From Muribaculaceae bacterium (GTDB taxonomy: Bacteria; Bacteroidota; Bacteroidia; Bacteroidales; Muribaculaceae), in NCBI GenBank assembly GCA_051878455.1, contig JBJEKD010000047.1, positions 10,993-74,992 of the forward strand: a stretch of 64,000 nucleotides of DNA, in the 5' to 3' direction. The notes beneath the pieces were generated by a model, which saw only the letters and a list, made by a program, of their open reading frames with translations, did no database searches and was not told the DNA's origin. The position numbers and the translations under genes were made by a program. Position 1 is the stretch's first letter, and each line of letters begins with the position of its first letter. Below, in pieces: positions 8,618 to 18,961 of the stretch.

Positions 8618-10471
8618 TTACATACGCTGAGGCATTTCAATGCCAAGCAAACCAATGCCGCGACGAGCAATTTCAGCCACCTGACGCGACAATGCCAAGC
8701 GGAACGAGCGCACCTTTGCGTCGGTTTCGCCAAGTATTGTGTAGTCGTGATAGTATTGGTTGTATTCCTTAACGAGTTCATACACATAGTTGGCAATCAA
8801 CGCCGGGCTGTAGGTGCGTCCCGCTTCAGCGATTGTCGACGGGAAGTCGGTAAGACGTTGAATCAATGCCACCTCTTTTTCGTTTGGCTCAACTGCGCTG
8901 ATGTCGGCAGTCAAATCGGCTGGAGCAGCCTTTCGCAGCAGCGACTGGATGCGAGCATAGGTGTATTGCAGGAACGGACCAGTGTTGCCGTTAAAGTCAA
9001 TCGACTCTTTAGGGTTGAACATCATGTTTTTGCGAGGGTCAACCTTCAGCAAGAAATATTTCAAAGCGCCAAGGCCAACGATGCGGGCAATTTCGTTCTT
9101 TTCTTCTTCAGAGAAATCGCTCACTTTACCCTTTGCAGCATTTTCCTGTTCGCGGGCTTCGATGGTTTCCTTTGCTTGATTAATCATCTCGTCCATGAGT
9201 TCGTCGGCATCAACCACAGTGCCTTCGCGGCTCTTCATCTTGCCTTCGGGCAGTTCAACCATGCCGTAAGAGAAGTGAACCAGGTCTTTGCCCCACTTAA
9301 AGCCGAGTTTGTCGAGCAAGAGCGAAAGCACCTGAAAGTGGTAGTTTTGCTCGTTGCCAACAACATATATCATTTTGTCGATGGGATAATCTTGATAACG
9401 CAACTTTGCAGTACCTATGTCTTGTGTCATATACACCGAAGTGCCGTCGCTGCGAAGCAACAACTTGTGGTCAAGTCCGTCGGCTGTCAAGTCTGCCCAC
9501 ACCGAGTTGTCGGGTCTACGATACACAATGCCCTTTTCCAAGCCTTCAAGCACCTTTTCCTTACCCTCAAGATAAGTGTCGCTCTCGTAGTAGATTTTAT
9601 CGAAATCAACGCCCATGCGCTTATAGGTTTCGTCGAAACCGGCATAAACCCACGAGTTCATCATCTCCCAAGTGGCACGGATGTCCTTGTCGCCAGCCTC
9701 CCACTTCTTCAGCATCTCGCGAGCCTCAAGCATTAGGGGAGCCTTAGCCTTGGCTGCTTCCTTGCGTGCTTCAGCAGTTTTCTCGGCATCCTCAGCAACA
9801 ATGGCGTTTACCTCGGCATCGGTGGCAAGAATTTGTTTCACCTCTTCCTTGTAGTGCTTATCAAACATCACATAGAAGTCGCCAATCAAGTGGTCGCCTT
9901 TCTTGCCTGCTTTTTCAGGAGTGATGCCGTTGCCCCACTTTTGCCAAGCGAGCATCGATTTGCAGATGTGTATGCCGCGGTCGTTAACGATGTTGGTCTT
10001 AACCACCTTGTAGCCATTGGCTTTCATAATCTTTGAAAGGCTGTAGCCCAGCAGGTTGTTACGCACATGGCCCAAGTGGAGAGGCTTATTGGTGTTTGGC
10101 GACGAATATTCAATCATCACCAATTCGCTCTCAGGAGTTTCTTTCGTGAAACCATAATCGGCATCGCCGGCAATGTGGTTGAGCACCGATGCCCAAAACG
10201 AAGGTTTGATTACTATATTCAAGAAACCTTTAATCACATTAAATTTCTCAACTGCCTCACAATTAGCCACAAGGTATTCGCCAATTTCCTGACCAGTAGC
10301 CTCAGCATTTTTGCGTGAAGCCTTCAAGAAAGGAAACACCACCACCGTAAGGTTGCCTTCAAACTCTTTCTTGGTGGTTTGCAACGTCACTTTATCAGCA
10401 TCGAATTCCAAGCCATAAAGTGCTTTCACAGCATCGGCTGTGGCTTGCATCAGTATGTTATCTATCGACAT
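8618..10471 (-). CDS. argS: Arginine--tRNA ligase.
   Basis: 617 aa with a class-I HIGH-type motif (NKPLHLGHVRN), a KMSKS-like GKMKSREGT motif, and the typical C-terminal ..GIEMPQRM. Confidence 0.95.
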   Translation of the reverse strand: MSIDNILMQATADAVKALYGLEFDADKVTLQTTKKEFEGNLTVVVFPFLKASRKNAEATGQEIGEYLVANCEAVEKFNVIKGFLNIVIKPSFWASVLNHIAGDADYGFTKETPESELVMIEYSSPNTNKPLHLGHVRNNLLGYSLSKIMKANGYKVVKTNIVNDRGIHICKSMLAWQKWGNGITPEKAGKKGDHLIGDFYVMFDKHYKEEVKQILATDAEVNAIVAEDAEKTAEARKEAAKAKAPLMLEAREMLKKWEAGDKDIRATWEMMNSWVYAGFDETYKRMGVDFDKIYYESDTYLEGKEKVLEGLEKGIVYRRPDNSVWADLTADGLDHKLLLRSDGTSVYMTQDIGTAKLRYQDYPIDKMIYVVGNEQNYHFQVLSLLLDKLGFKWGKDLVHFSYGMVELPEGKMKSREGTVVDADELMDEMINQAKETIEAREQENAAKGKVSDFSEEEKNEIARIVGLGALKYFLLKVDPRKNMMFNPKESIDFNGNTGPFLQYTYARIQSLLRKAAPADLTADISAVEPNEKEVALIQRLTDFPSTIAEAGRTYSPALIANYVYELVKEYNQYYHDYTILGETDAKVRSFRLALSRQVAEIARRGIGLLGIEMPQRM

Positions 10472-10601
10472 AATCTTTTAACTATATTGTTTGTTATTTA
10501 CTAAATTATCGAATCATTCGTGGAGCAAAATCAGCAGGCAAAACCGCCAAATCCGTCAAGGCGTTAAGCCACCCTATTCATCACATTTTTGCAATCCGTT
10601 G

Positions 10602-10609
10602 CAAAGATA
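10602..10609 (-). promoter_or_regulatory. Candidate -7 box TAtcTTTG upstream of argS.
   Basis: The reverse complement of caaagata is tatctttg. It sits ~130 nt upstream of the ATG, so it would imply a long leader. Confidence 0.3.
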
Positions 10610-10707
10610 GTCATTTTTTTTCACCTATGCACAATGTGATACGGCTGTCGCCATGCAACAACTGCTTTTCAACACCTGAACATTTGTTTTGTCACAAGAA
10701 ATAATTG

Positions 10708-13700
10708 TCAGTTTACATCATCATCAAATACGTTGATGATGATGTCGCTTTCGGGATACCACACATATCCTTCGTCAACTTTCAACCCTGCCTCACCAAG
10801 TCGGCAGATATAGTCACGAACCTGCTTGCGATATTTCGCATCGCGGCTATGGTCATTGCCGAACTTGTAATCAACCACAATCACTCGCCCATCACAAGTG
10901 CGTATAATGCGGTCGGGTCGCTTAACACTGCCATCGCCACACACTATTGAACGTTCGTTGAACACCACATTGCCGTCGGCAAACCACGGCGCTGTTTTTG
11001 CATTATTCAAGGCTTTTTTCACCAGAGTTTCAGCATCGTCAATTCCATCAAGCAATCCGCGTCGCCAGGCACGGGCAAGCACCGAATCGCAACTGCCGGC
11101 GCGCTTTAGCATCGAAAACAGTTTATGCAGCCTGATGCCACGGTCTTGGATTGGGCTATAAGTTTCGGGCACACACACGCTCACAGGACGCAATGCCGAC
11201 TCGTATTTCGGAACTTCCATAGGCAATTCACCGTTGTCCACATCGTTTACCTGAGGCTCATCTTTAGGCACATAGGTTTGATTAATGTCGCCAACCTGAT
11301 AAATCAAAGTGTCGTTCTCACCAACCTGGCTGATGATGCTTGTTGCCACACTCGAGCGGTCGCCGGTTCGCTCGGCAAACCAATTGTCAATTTCGCCGGC
11401 ATTGGCGTCGGTAAGTGCAGCGCACACGGTTTTCAGCAACTTGTTCACTCTCACAGTGCTGATGTCATCAATGCCCTCTTCACAATCGGGAGCCATCAGA
11501 TGCAGTTCGTTCACGGCTCGAGTAAATGCCACATACGTTGCGTTGATGTTATCCACATAGTTTTCCGTAACTTCTTTATCGAATAACGGCTGAATTTGCT
11601 CAACATTTCTGGCAATGGTGGTGCTAACGGGCATCAATGGCGGTATGATTTCCTCGTCAAAACCGCTAAGCACCGGCATATTTCGCAGAATGTCGGCACC
11701 GACCCACAACTCGTTTTCTAACTTACACATCTCCCAATTGGCAAACGGAATTATCACACACGGAAATTCCAAACCCTTCGATTTGTGTATGGTGATGATG
11801 TTCACCGCATCTCTGCCTTCAGGTGTAGAAACCGACAATTTAGGTTTTGTGTCCCACCATTTCAAGAATGAATGTACTGTTGCGTTATATTTCGAACAAT
11901 AGTCAATCACGTTATCCATGAAACCCATAAGGAAAGCCTTTTCCGACTCGCGCGTTTCATCTGACACTACTCGGCAAACTATGTTCTCAACAATCGACAC
12001 CAAGTCGAACGCATCTACGTTGCTCGACATTAATTGACTACGCACATCAAGATACTCTTTGCTGTATTGCAGTTTCGACGTTTGCCCCGATTGGCGTTGA
12101 GAATCAGCCACAAAGGCAGCTTTCAACAAATCACCCACCTCCATGCCAAACTCTTCCGATTCGGTGTCGACACATTCCTCGGCACGATGATTGCTTACCC
12201 TGTGGTCGAAGTCACGAAGCACACGTTTTATTCTTTCTTCTTTTTCGCGCACGCTGTTCGATTCGGCATTATCGCTATCGGTGAAACTCAACGTGTCGAA
12301 ATATCGCAGATAACTGATTACCGACCTTACTGCCGGCGATTTGCGCAGGAACATTGATTCTGCCGAAACCACCTCAATTCGTTCATTTTCGTCGGCTGTT
12401 TTATTGTATTCGAGCAAGCGGTCGATTATTTTGCTTCCCTGGTCGTTCGCACGCACCAGTATGGCAATGTCTTTCAGCCTGTAACCTCTGCTTCTGATTT
12501 CGTTGATGTAACTTGGCAAACGGTCTAAAACAATATCGGCAAATTCCGACTTGTCAATCTCTTTTCCTTTACCCCCCGATGTTCCGCTCACGAAGGTGAT
12601 TTTTACGGCACCATCGTTGCAGTGGTTTTTATTATTGCCTTTTTGCAGAACATTATCATATACATCTTCAACACCCGTCATTCTCACCAAGTTCCAGAAA
12701 AACGAGTTGTTAAACTTGATTACGTTGGGGGTGCTTCGCCAGTTCACCACCTTGGTGATGTCGACATGCACACCGCCATCAAAATCGTTTATTATATCTT
12801 TGGCAAGCAAATCGGGGTCGGAATCACGAAACCTATAAATGCACTGCTTTTCATCGCCAATAACCAAATTCTCATTGCCGCACGCCACGCTCTCCTCGAG
12901 CAAGGGCTTCATATTGCGATATTGCAGAGCCGAAGTGTCTTGAAACTCATCAATCAGAAAGTGATTTATCCATGTGCCCATCCGCTCATACACAAACATC
13001 ACATTGCTCTTAATCATCACTCGGTCGAGCAACTGGCTCGTGTCGGAAAGCAACACGGTGTCGTTGTCGCGCAAGAATATCTCAAGTTCCTTGCCTATTA
13101 TGCCCAACAGCCCGAACAAATAGATTTTCGTCAACATATCCTTTATTAGCGACCTGTCCTTAATCACATCGCGCATTTTAATCGCCAATTCTTTCAGTTT
13201 GCCAACCGCAAAATCATATTGCCCCGTTTTTGCCGCTTTTTTCCATTCTTTGTCGGTGCTCCAATTTGCCACTTTCACGTCGTCGTTATTCAGAAACTTA
13301 TCCACCTCGTCAACGCCTCCTGACTTGTTTTTTATTAGCGAGTTTGTAAAAAACGTCAAACCGCTTTTACTGCTCAACCCTTCAACCGACAAATCAACAG
13401 AAGATAAAATTGACATATAGGTTTCAGCCATACCCGGGATTTCACCGCCAATTTTTTCATATATCTCATATAGTTTGCTCTTGAAACGCATGATTTTGGT
13501 TTTTGACGAATGTGAAAACACATCATTCAGATAGTCATCAATGGCAACCTTGTTGCGGACATACCATTCTTTAGTGATGTTTTTTGCCATAGTGCTCAGT
13601 TTGCTGCCTGTAAACACATTCCATGCGCCGGGATTATCTTTATCGAGCAAATGCCGCATATAGTCACTAAACCAATTCTCAACAATGTGATTCGTTGCGC

Positions 13701-14205
13701 CACAGCCCACGTTCATCAGCACATTGTGCACTGCCACTTCCAAAGAGTGTTCACTGTCGGTTTCAACAATGTAATCGTAGTCTTGGTCGAGTTCAAAAGC
13801 GAACGTGCGCAGCACCGTCTGGAAGAACGAGTCGATGGTGCTGACGTTGAACGTGGCGTAGTTAAACAAAATCTCCTCGAGAGCAGTGCGTGCTGCAGGC
13901 ATAATTTGCTCGCGAGTGGTGTTTAAATCTTTTTCTAAATTGCCAATATATTCACCTTTTCCCTGGCTCAACAAATTCAACTCCTTCACAATACGGCTTT
14001 TCATTTCCTCTGTGGCCTTGTTTGTGAACGTGACGGCAAGGATATGCTCATGATATTCGGTGCGTTTGGCAAGCCTGAATGTGCCGTCATCATTTTTTTT
14101 GCCTAACAGCAACTTAATGTATTCATAAGCCAACTGAAATGTTTTTCCCGAACCTGCCGATGCCTTGATAATTTGCAACGGCTTAGTTTGTGCATTGTAA
14201 CTCAT
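10708..14205 (-). CDS. UvrD/AddA-type SF1 helicase fused to a C-terminal PD-(D/E)XK nuclease.
   Basis: 1165 aa. It has a Walker A (ASAGSGKTF), helicase motifs (DEFQDTS, TIHKSKGLEF), and a C-terminal nuclease motif RPDRII...VIVVDYKFG. Confidence 0.85.
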   Translation of the reverse strand: MSYNAQTKPLQIIKASAGSGKTFQLAYEYIKLLLGKKNDDGTFRLAKRTEYHEHILAVTFTNKATEEMKSRIVKELNLLSQGKGEYIGNLEKDLNTTREQIMPAARTALEEILFNYATFNVSTIDSFFQTVLRTFAFELDQDYDYIVETDSEHSLEVAVHNVLMNVGCGATNHIVENWFSDYMRHLLDKDNPGAWNVFTGSKLSTMAKNITKEWYVRNKVAIDDYLNDVFSHSSKTKIMRFKSKLYEIYEKIGGEIPGMAETYMSILSSVDLSVEGLSSKSGLTFFTNSLIKNKSGGVDEVDKFLNNDDVKVANWSTDKEWKKAAKTGQYDFAVGKLKELAIKMRDVIKDRSLIKDMLTKIYLFGLLGIIGKELEIFLRDNDTVLLSDTSQLLDRVMIKSNVMFVYERMGTWINHFLIDEFQDTSALQYRNMKPLLEESVACGNENLVIGDEKQCIYRFRDSDPDLLAKDIINDFDGGVHVDITKVVNWRSTPNVIKFNNSFFWNLVRMTGVEDVYDNVLQKGNNKNHCNDGAVKITFVSGTSGGKGKEIDKSEFADIVLDRLPSYINEIRSRGYRLKDIAILVRANDQGSKIIDRLLEYNKTADENERIEVVSAESMFLRKSPAVRSVISYLRYFDTLSFTDSDNAESNSVREKEERIKRVLRDFDHRVSNHRAEECVDTESEEFGMEVGDLLKAAFVADSQRQSGQTSKLQYSKEYLDVRSQLMSSNVDAFDLVSIVENIVCRVVSDETRESEKAFLMGFMDNVIDYCSKYNATVHSFLKWWDTKPKLSVSTPEGRDAVNIITIHKSKGLEFPCVIIPFANWEMCKLENELWVGADILRNMPVLSGFDEEIIPPLMPVSTTIARNVEQIQPLFDKEVTENYVDNINATYVAFTRAVNELHLMAPDCEEGIDDISTVRVNKLLKTVCAALTDANAGEIDNWFAERTGDRSSVATSIISQVGENDTLIYQVGDINQTYVPKDEPQVNDVDNGELPMEVPKYESALRPVSVCVPETYSPIQDRGIRLHKLFSMLKRAGSCDSVLARAWRRGLLDGIDDAETLVKKALNNAKTAPWFADGNVVFNERSIVCGDGSVKRPDRIIRTCDGRVIVVDYKFGNDHSRDAKYRKQVRDYICRLGEAGLKVDEGYVWYPESDIIINVFDDDVN

Positions 14206-14258
14206 ACTTCTAATTCCTTATATTATTTTGATTAAACCATTTTTCCTTTCAATTATAA

Positions 14259-15176
14259 TCACAGATTTTGTGAATCGACATCCTGCCACCGCTTGTTGTG
14301 CATTATCTCGGCATCATCGCCAATAAATGCCTTGCCGGCAATGCTGTCGCCTTTGAGCCAATAGCAGAACCAAGCAGTCATGTAGGCATCGCCTTCAGCC
14401 AAAATTTCTCCGTGGTCTTTTCCGGTGCGTCGGGCAATCACTCCGGGAGTTCCATCTTGCATTGCTGCCATATTGAAGCGCAACGATGCCAACGGCGAAA
14501 TTGTTTCATCGTCCCACTTGCCGGTGCCGGCTGTGAACAGCGATGGCACACCAAGTTTCTTTGGGAAATAGTTCCACTTCAATCCTTGAGCCAACATAAT
14601 ATGCGTGCAACTTGCAATGTAAGCGGCATCATAACCCTTTCCGTTGTTGAACTCGGTGATGGCGTTATACACAGCCACGCCACCTTGCGAGTGACCTGCT
14701 ATGCCCATCTTTTCGGTGTTGATTTTTCCTTTGAAAATGCTTGTGGCATCGGTGTTTTGCGCAAGCATGAAGTCGAGAGTCATCGACGACGATTTACCGC
14801 TCCACGATTCGGGGTCCTCGTTGCCGGCAACTATAAAGCCCCACGATGCCAAATGCTCAAATATCTTGGCATAACGCGAGGCAGGCACGCCTGTGCCATT
14901 TGCCATAATCACGAGCGGATAAGTGCGAGCCGACGTTGCCACATCGGCAGGATAATATATCAAATACTGCTTATATTTAGGCTCGGGGCAACTCATTGCA
15001 ACGCTTGTCACCTGGCATGGACCCATCGCCGCATATTTGGTTTCAATAGCTGCCTCCGACTTCAGTCCGTCCATATAGTTATCAGCAACCACCGACCTTG
15101 AATTGCATGTGGCAACCAGCAAACAGCCCGCAATCGCGGCAACCACCACTATGCCCCACTTCAATGCACGTTTCAT
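14259..15176 (-). CDS. Secreted/lipoprotein alpha/beta-hydrolase (lipase/dienelactone-hydrolase-like).
   Basis: 305 aa with a signal peptide carrying Cys (AAIAGCLLVATC), a GHSQGG nucleophile elbow, and the catalytic His region DHGEI. Confidence 0.7.
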   Translation of the reverse strand: MKRALKWGIVVVAAIAGCLLVATCNSRSVVADNYMDGLKSEAAIETKYAAMGPCQVTSVAMSCPEPKYKQYLIYYPADVATSARTYPLVIMANGTGVPASRYAKIFEHLASWGFIVAGNEDPESWSGKSSSMTLDFMLAQNTDATSIFKGKINTEKMGIAGHSQGGVAVYNAITEFNNGKGYDAAYIASCTHIMLAQGLKWNYFPKKLGVPSLFTAGTGKWDDETISPLASLRFNMAAMQDGTPGVIARRTGKDHGEILAEGDAYMTAWFCYWLKGDSIAGKAFIGDDAEIMHNKRWQDVDSQNL

Positions 15177-15199
15177 AAGTTGTTATCTTTTTTTATTTG

Positions 15200-15556
15200 T
15201 TATATAATTCTCGCTTTCAAGCCCTTAGCTTTAAGGAAAGCCAGCACCTTGTCGCGTTTGTCGCCTTGCAGAAGCACCTCGCCGCAACGCGCCGAGCCGC
15301 CCACGCCGCAATGCGCTTTCAGTTCGCGCGCAAGTTGCTGCAACGCCTCGTCGTCGCACTTCAAATCGGTAACCAACGTCACCACCTTGCCCTTGCGGCA
15401 ATGTTTATCGAGCACAATGTTAACCCATGCGCCACCCTGCTGCTGTGCCACCGAGGCAGGTTGCTCAACCACAGGTTCCTCGGCTGCTCTTTCGGCTTCT
15501 AACTGTTCGAGTTCGGCACCAAACGCCGCTCCAAGTTTTTCTCTCCAATCTTCCAT
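15200..15556 (-). CDS. SUI1/YciH family translation initiation factor-like protein.
   Basis: The C-terminal KGKVVTLVTDL...LARELKAHCGVGGS...LLQGDKRDKVLAFLKAKG matches the SUI1 fold pattern. The track ORF extends to 15625; I trimmed it to the internal Met (MEDWREKLGAAFG), giving the family-typical length of ~118 aa. Confidence 0.75.
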   Translation of the reverse strand: MEDWREKLGAAFGAELEQLEAERAAEEPVVEQPASVAQQQGGAWVNIVLDKHCRKGKVVTLVTDLKCDDEALQQLARELKAHCGVGGSARCGEVLLQGDKRDKVLAFLKAKGLKARII

Positions 15557-15721
15557 CAAGAACAATTTATTTGTAATATCTTCTTTAACTTGCGAATATA
15601 CTAATTTTTCACCACAATTCGCCACGCGACAAGCAAAAATTGCAAATCAATGCAAGCCGAAACAAAAGAATTTCGTAACTTTGGCTAATGTATAAACTCA
15701 ACATTTCTAACCAGTAACAAT

Positions 15722-16519
15722 ATGAACAATTCAAACCATTCAGCCACCATCTTTACTCTGCTGTGCATCACCATTGCACTTTGCTCATGTAGCCGCCGAG
15801 CAGGCTGGCAACTCGTTTGGCAGGACGATTTCAATGCGCAGGGCATCGACTACACGGTGTGGAGCCACACCGACCGCGGAACCGCCGACTGGGCTAACAC
15901 ACAATCGAAAGACCCTCGCTGCTACGAGATGCGTGGCGGATGTCTGGTGCTGAAAGGTATTGTTAACGACAATCTTGATGCCGACACTGCCCACTACCTC
16001 ACAGGCGGCATTTGGACTAAGGGCAAACACGCCTTTGATTGCGGACGCATTGAGGTGCGTGCCCGGCTGCAAGGAGCACAGGGCGCATGGCCTGCCATTT
16101 GGCTGCTGCCTTTCGACACCGAGAAAAACCGCTGGCCTAACGGTGGCGAAATCGACATTATGGAACGGCTTAACCACGACACCATCGCCTATCAAACCGT
16201 GCACAGTTATTACACTCTGAACCTGAAACAGGACAATAATCCGCCTCACTACACCACTGCGCCCATCAAGCCCAACGACTTCAACGTATATGGTGTTGAC
16301 ATCATGCCCGACAGTCTGGTGTTCCACGTCAACGGCAAGCGCACTTTCGCTTATCCGCGCATTGTCACCGACAAGCCCGGGCAGTTCCCTTTCCACATCC
16401 CGCAATATCTGCTCATCGACATGCAACTTGGCGGCAGTTGGGTGGGACCGGTTGACCCATCACAACTACCTATTGAAATGGAAATCGACTGGGTGAGGCA
16501 CTATCAACTAAAGAAATAA
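15722..16519 (+). CDS. Glycoside hydrolase family 16 (beta-glucanase/laminarinase-like), lipoprotein.
   Basis: 265 aa with lipobox LCSC, a WPAIWLLP motif, and the catalytic GGEIDIMERL (ExDxxE) motif. Confidence 0.85.
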   Translation: MNNSNHSATIFTLLCITIALCSCSRRAGWQLVWQDDFNAQGIDYTVWSHTDRGTADWANTQSKDPRCYEMRGGCLVLKGIVNDNLDADTAHYLTGGIWTKGKHAFDCGRIEVRARLQGAQGAWPAIWLLPFDTEKNRWPNGGEIDIMERLNHDTIAYQTVHSYYTLNLKQDNNPPHYTTAPIKPNDFNVYGVDIMPDSLVFHVNGKRTFAYPRIVTDKPGQFPFHIPQYLLIDMQLGGSWVGPVDPSQLPIEMEIDWVRHYQLKK

Positions 16520-16555
16520 TAATATTTTAACTCTAAACAACTAATTCATAACATT

Positions 16556-17278
16556 ATGACTCGTTTCAAAACACTTATTGCACTCGTTGGTTTCGTGGCA
16601 ATAACGCTTGCCACCAACGCCCAGCAAGCGCCCGTGCGTGTGTCGATTCTTGGCGACTCTTACAGCACCTTTGAGGGCTACATACCTGAGGGCAATGCAA
16701 TATGGTATGGACCAGAGAAACCTTACAGCAGCAATCAGGGCAATGACGTGAGGCGCGTTTACGACACTTGGTGGTATCATCTCATCGACCGCCACGACCT
16801 GAAACTCGAAGTGAACGAATCGTGGTCAGGCTCAACCATTTGCACTACGGGCTATCGTGGCGAAGATGCTACCGAAAAGGCTTACATCACCCGAGCTGAC
16901 CGCCTCGGGAAGCCCGATGTGATTTTGGTGTTTGGCGGCACAAACGATTCTTGGGCTGGTTCTCCGTGGGGCGATTATAAATACAGCGACTGGACCACCG
17001 ACGACCTCAAACAGGTGCGCCCTGCCATGTGCTATCTGTTTCATCGTCTGAAAGAACTCTACCCCGATGCACTTATCTACAACATCGAAAACACCGAACT
17101 CAAAACAGAATACTACCAATCGTGCGAAGTGGTATGCCGTCACTATGGCATAAAACGAATATGTCTGCACCACATCAGCAAGCAATTCGGACACCCGTCA
17201 ATCGACGGCATGCGTGCAATCGCCGAGCAAGTGTGGCAAGTGATTGGCGGACGCATCACCGCTGGGCGAGTGATGTAA
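16556..17278 (+). CDS. SGNH/GDSL family hydrolase (esterase), secreted.
   Basis: 240 aa with a signal peptide, block I ILGDSYS, block III GGTNDS, and a C-terminal H in GHPSIDG. Confidence 0.75.
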   Translation: MTRFKTLIALVGFVAITLATNAQQAPVRVSILGDSYSTFEGYIPEGNAIWYGPEKPYSSNQGNDVRRVYDTWWYHLIDRHDLKLEVNESWSGSTICTTGYRGEDATEKAYITRADRLGKPDVILVFGGTNDSWAGSPWGDYKYSDWTTDDLKQVRPAMCYLFHRLKELYPDALIYNIENTELKTEYYQSCEVVCRHYGIKRICLHHISKQFGHPSIDGMRAIAEQVWQVIGGRITAGRVM

Positions 17279-17299
17279 CGTGTCAGCAGTTTGTCATAA

Positions 17300-17333
17300 A
17301 TAACCCCGGTTACAACATTGTAACCGGGGTTAT
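17300..17333. terminator. Bidirectional terminator hairpin between convergent genes.
   Basis: Perfect 15-bp inverted repeat ataaccccggttaca / tgtaaccggggttat with a 4-nt loop. Confidence 0.7.
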
Positions 17334-17367
17334 CTTTAATATAGCGTTTTTATGCACCTCTTACTTG

Positions 17368-18831
17368 TCACACGCTCTTCACCGGGTCGCAGGTGAGTTC
17401 AACGCCAAGACGCTTGAAAATTTTGCGGTCAACCTCGCTGAGCAGCACCGTTGAATGAACCTGGCAACCTTCAAGTTTGGGTAATTGTTCAAGAGCAAGA
17501 CGGCATTTCTCGTCGGTTATGCTCAGCATCGATAGAGCCACCAGCACCTCGTCGGTGTGAAGGCGCGGATTGTGTCCATGCAAGAAATCGACTTTAGTAC
17601 GCTGAATAGGCTCAATCATCGATTGAGGAATCAGTTTCACCTCATGTGCAATGCCTGCCAGATGCTTGGTGGCATTAAGCAACAGCGCTGCACTCGGTCC
17701 GAGCAGACTGCTTGAGCGGGCAGTAATGATGGTGCCGTCCTGCAACTCGATTGCAGCCGAAGCAAGTCCTGAGAGTTCCTTGCGTTCGCGCGCAGCCACT
17801 GTGGTGCGGCGGTATTCGGTGGTGAGTTTGGCTTGCTGCATTAGCAAAGCAATCTTTTTCACCTCGCTCTCGCCCTCGCCGCGTTCGGCAAGACGGTTGA
17901 GTGCAGTGTAGTAGCGACGTATAATCTCGTCGCGTGCGGCATTGCAGCACACATCCTCGTCGCTCATGCAAAAACCTATCATGTTCACGCCCATATCGGT
18001 AGGCGACTTATATGGATTCTCGCCATAAACGCCCTCAAAAATAGCATTCAACACAGGGAAGATTTCAATGTCACGATTATAGTTCACCGCAATCTTTCCG
18101 TATGCCTCGAGATGGAACGGGTCAATCATGTTCACGTCGTTAAGGTCGGCTGTGGCTGCTTCGTATGCCACGTTCACCGGATGCTTCAAAGGCAAATTCC
18201 ACACCGGGAAAGTCTCGAACTTGGCATAACCGGCTTTCACGCCTCGTTTATGCTCATGATAGAGTTGGCTAAGACACACCGCCATCTTGCCACTGCCCGG
18301 ACCGGGAGCGGTTACCACCACAAGTTGACGCGAAGTTTCGGCAAAATCGTTGCGCCCGAAACCGTCATCAGAATCAATCAATTCCACATTGTTGGGATAG
18401 CCGTCGATGGTGTAGTGATAGCACACCTTTATGCCCATGCGCTCCAAACGGGCACGATAGGCATCAGCACTTTTCTGACCATTGTAGTGTGTGATTACCA
18501 CATAGGTGGTGTACAAGCCCGCTTTCTCAAACTCGCCGCGCAAGCGAAGCACATCCTCATCGTAGGTGATACCCAAATCGCCACGCACTTTGTTTTTTTC
18601 AATGTCGAAAGCGCTAATCACAATTATCACCTCGGCACAGTCGCTCAACTGCATGAGCATACGCAGTTTGCTGTCGGGGTGAAAACCCGGCAGCACGCGG
18701 CTTGCGTGATAATCGTCAAACAATTTACCTCCGAACTCGAGGTATAACTTATCTCCGAACTGCGCTATGCGCTCCTTGATGTGTTCGGACTGAATTTTGA
18801 GATATTTCTCGTTGTCAAAACCGTTTCTCAT
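17368..18831 (-). CDS. DUF1846 (UPF0371) family protein, function unknown.
   Basis: 487 aa. The N-terminus MRNGFDNEKYLKIQSEHIKERI..FGGKLFDDYHASRVLPGF is characteristic of the family. Confidence 0.75.
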   Translation of the reverse strand: MRNGFDNEKYLKIQSEHIKERIAQFGDKLYLEFGGKLFDDYHASRVLPGFHPDSKLRMLMQLSDCAEVIIVISAFDIEKNKVRGDLGITYDEDVLRLRGEFEKAGLYTTYVVITHYNGQKSADAYRARLERMGIKVCYHYTIDGYPNNVELIDSDDGFGRNDFAETSRQLVVVTAPGPGSGKMAVCLSQLYHEHKRGVKAGYAKFETFPVWNLPLKHPVNVAYEAATADLNDVNMIDPFHLEAYGKIAVNYNRDIEIFPVLNAIFEGVYGENPYKSPTDMGVNMIGFCMSDEDVCCNAARDEIIRRYYTALNRLAERGEGESEVKKIALLMQQAKLTTEYRRTTVAARERKELSGLASAAIELQDGTIITARSSSLLGPSAALLLNATKHLAGIAHEVKLIPQSMIEPIQRTKVDFLHGHNPRLHTDEVLVALSMLSITDEKCRLALEQLPKLEGCQVHSTVLLSEVDRKIFKRLGVELTCDPVKSV

Positions 18832-18961
18832 AACGGATTACAAAATTACAAATTCTTTTGCTCGATTGCAACACGTCAACCCCTATTTCATCAAATCATT
18901 TTCAAAAATTTTTCGGCAACCGAAACGGCAGTCCCTTATACCTCAAAACATCACAACAGGT

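Noticed and set aside
8747-9736. 329-aa plus-strand ORF.
   Set aside because: It is antisense to argS, which has unambiguous class-I synthetase motifs. The shadow ORF is His/Val/Phe-rich with no motif.
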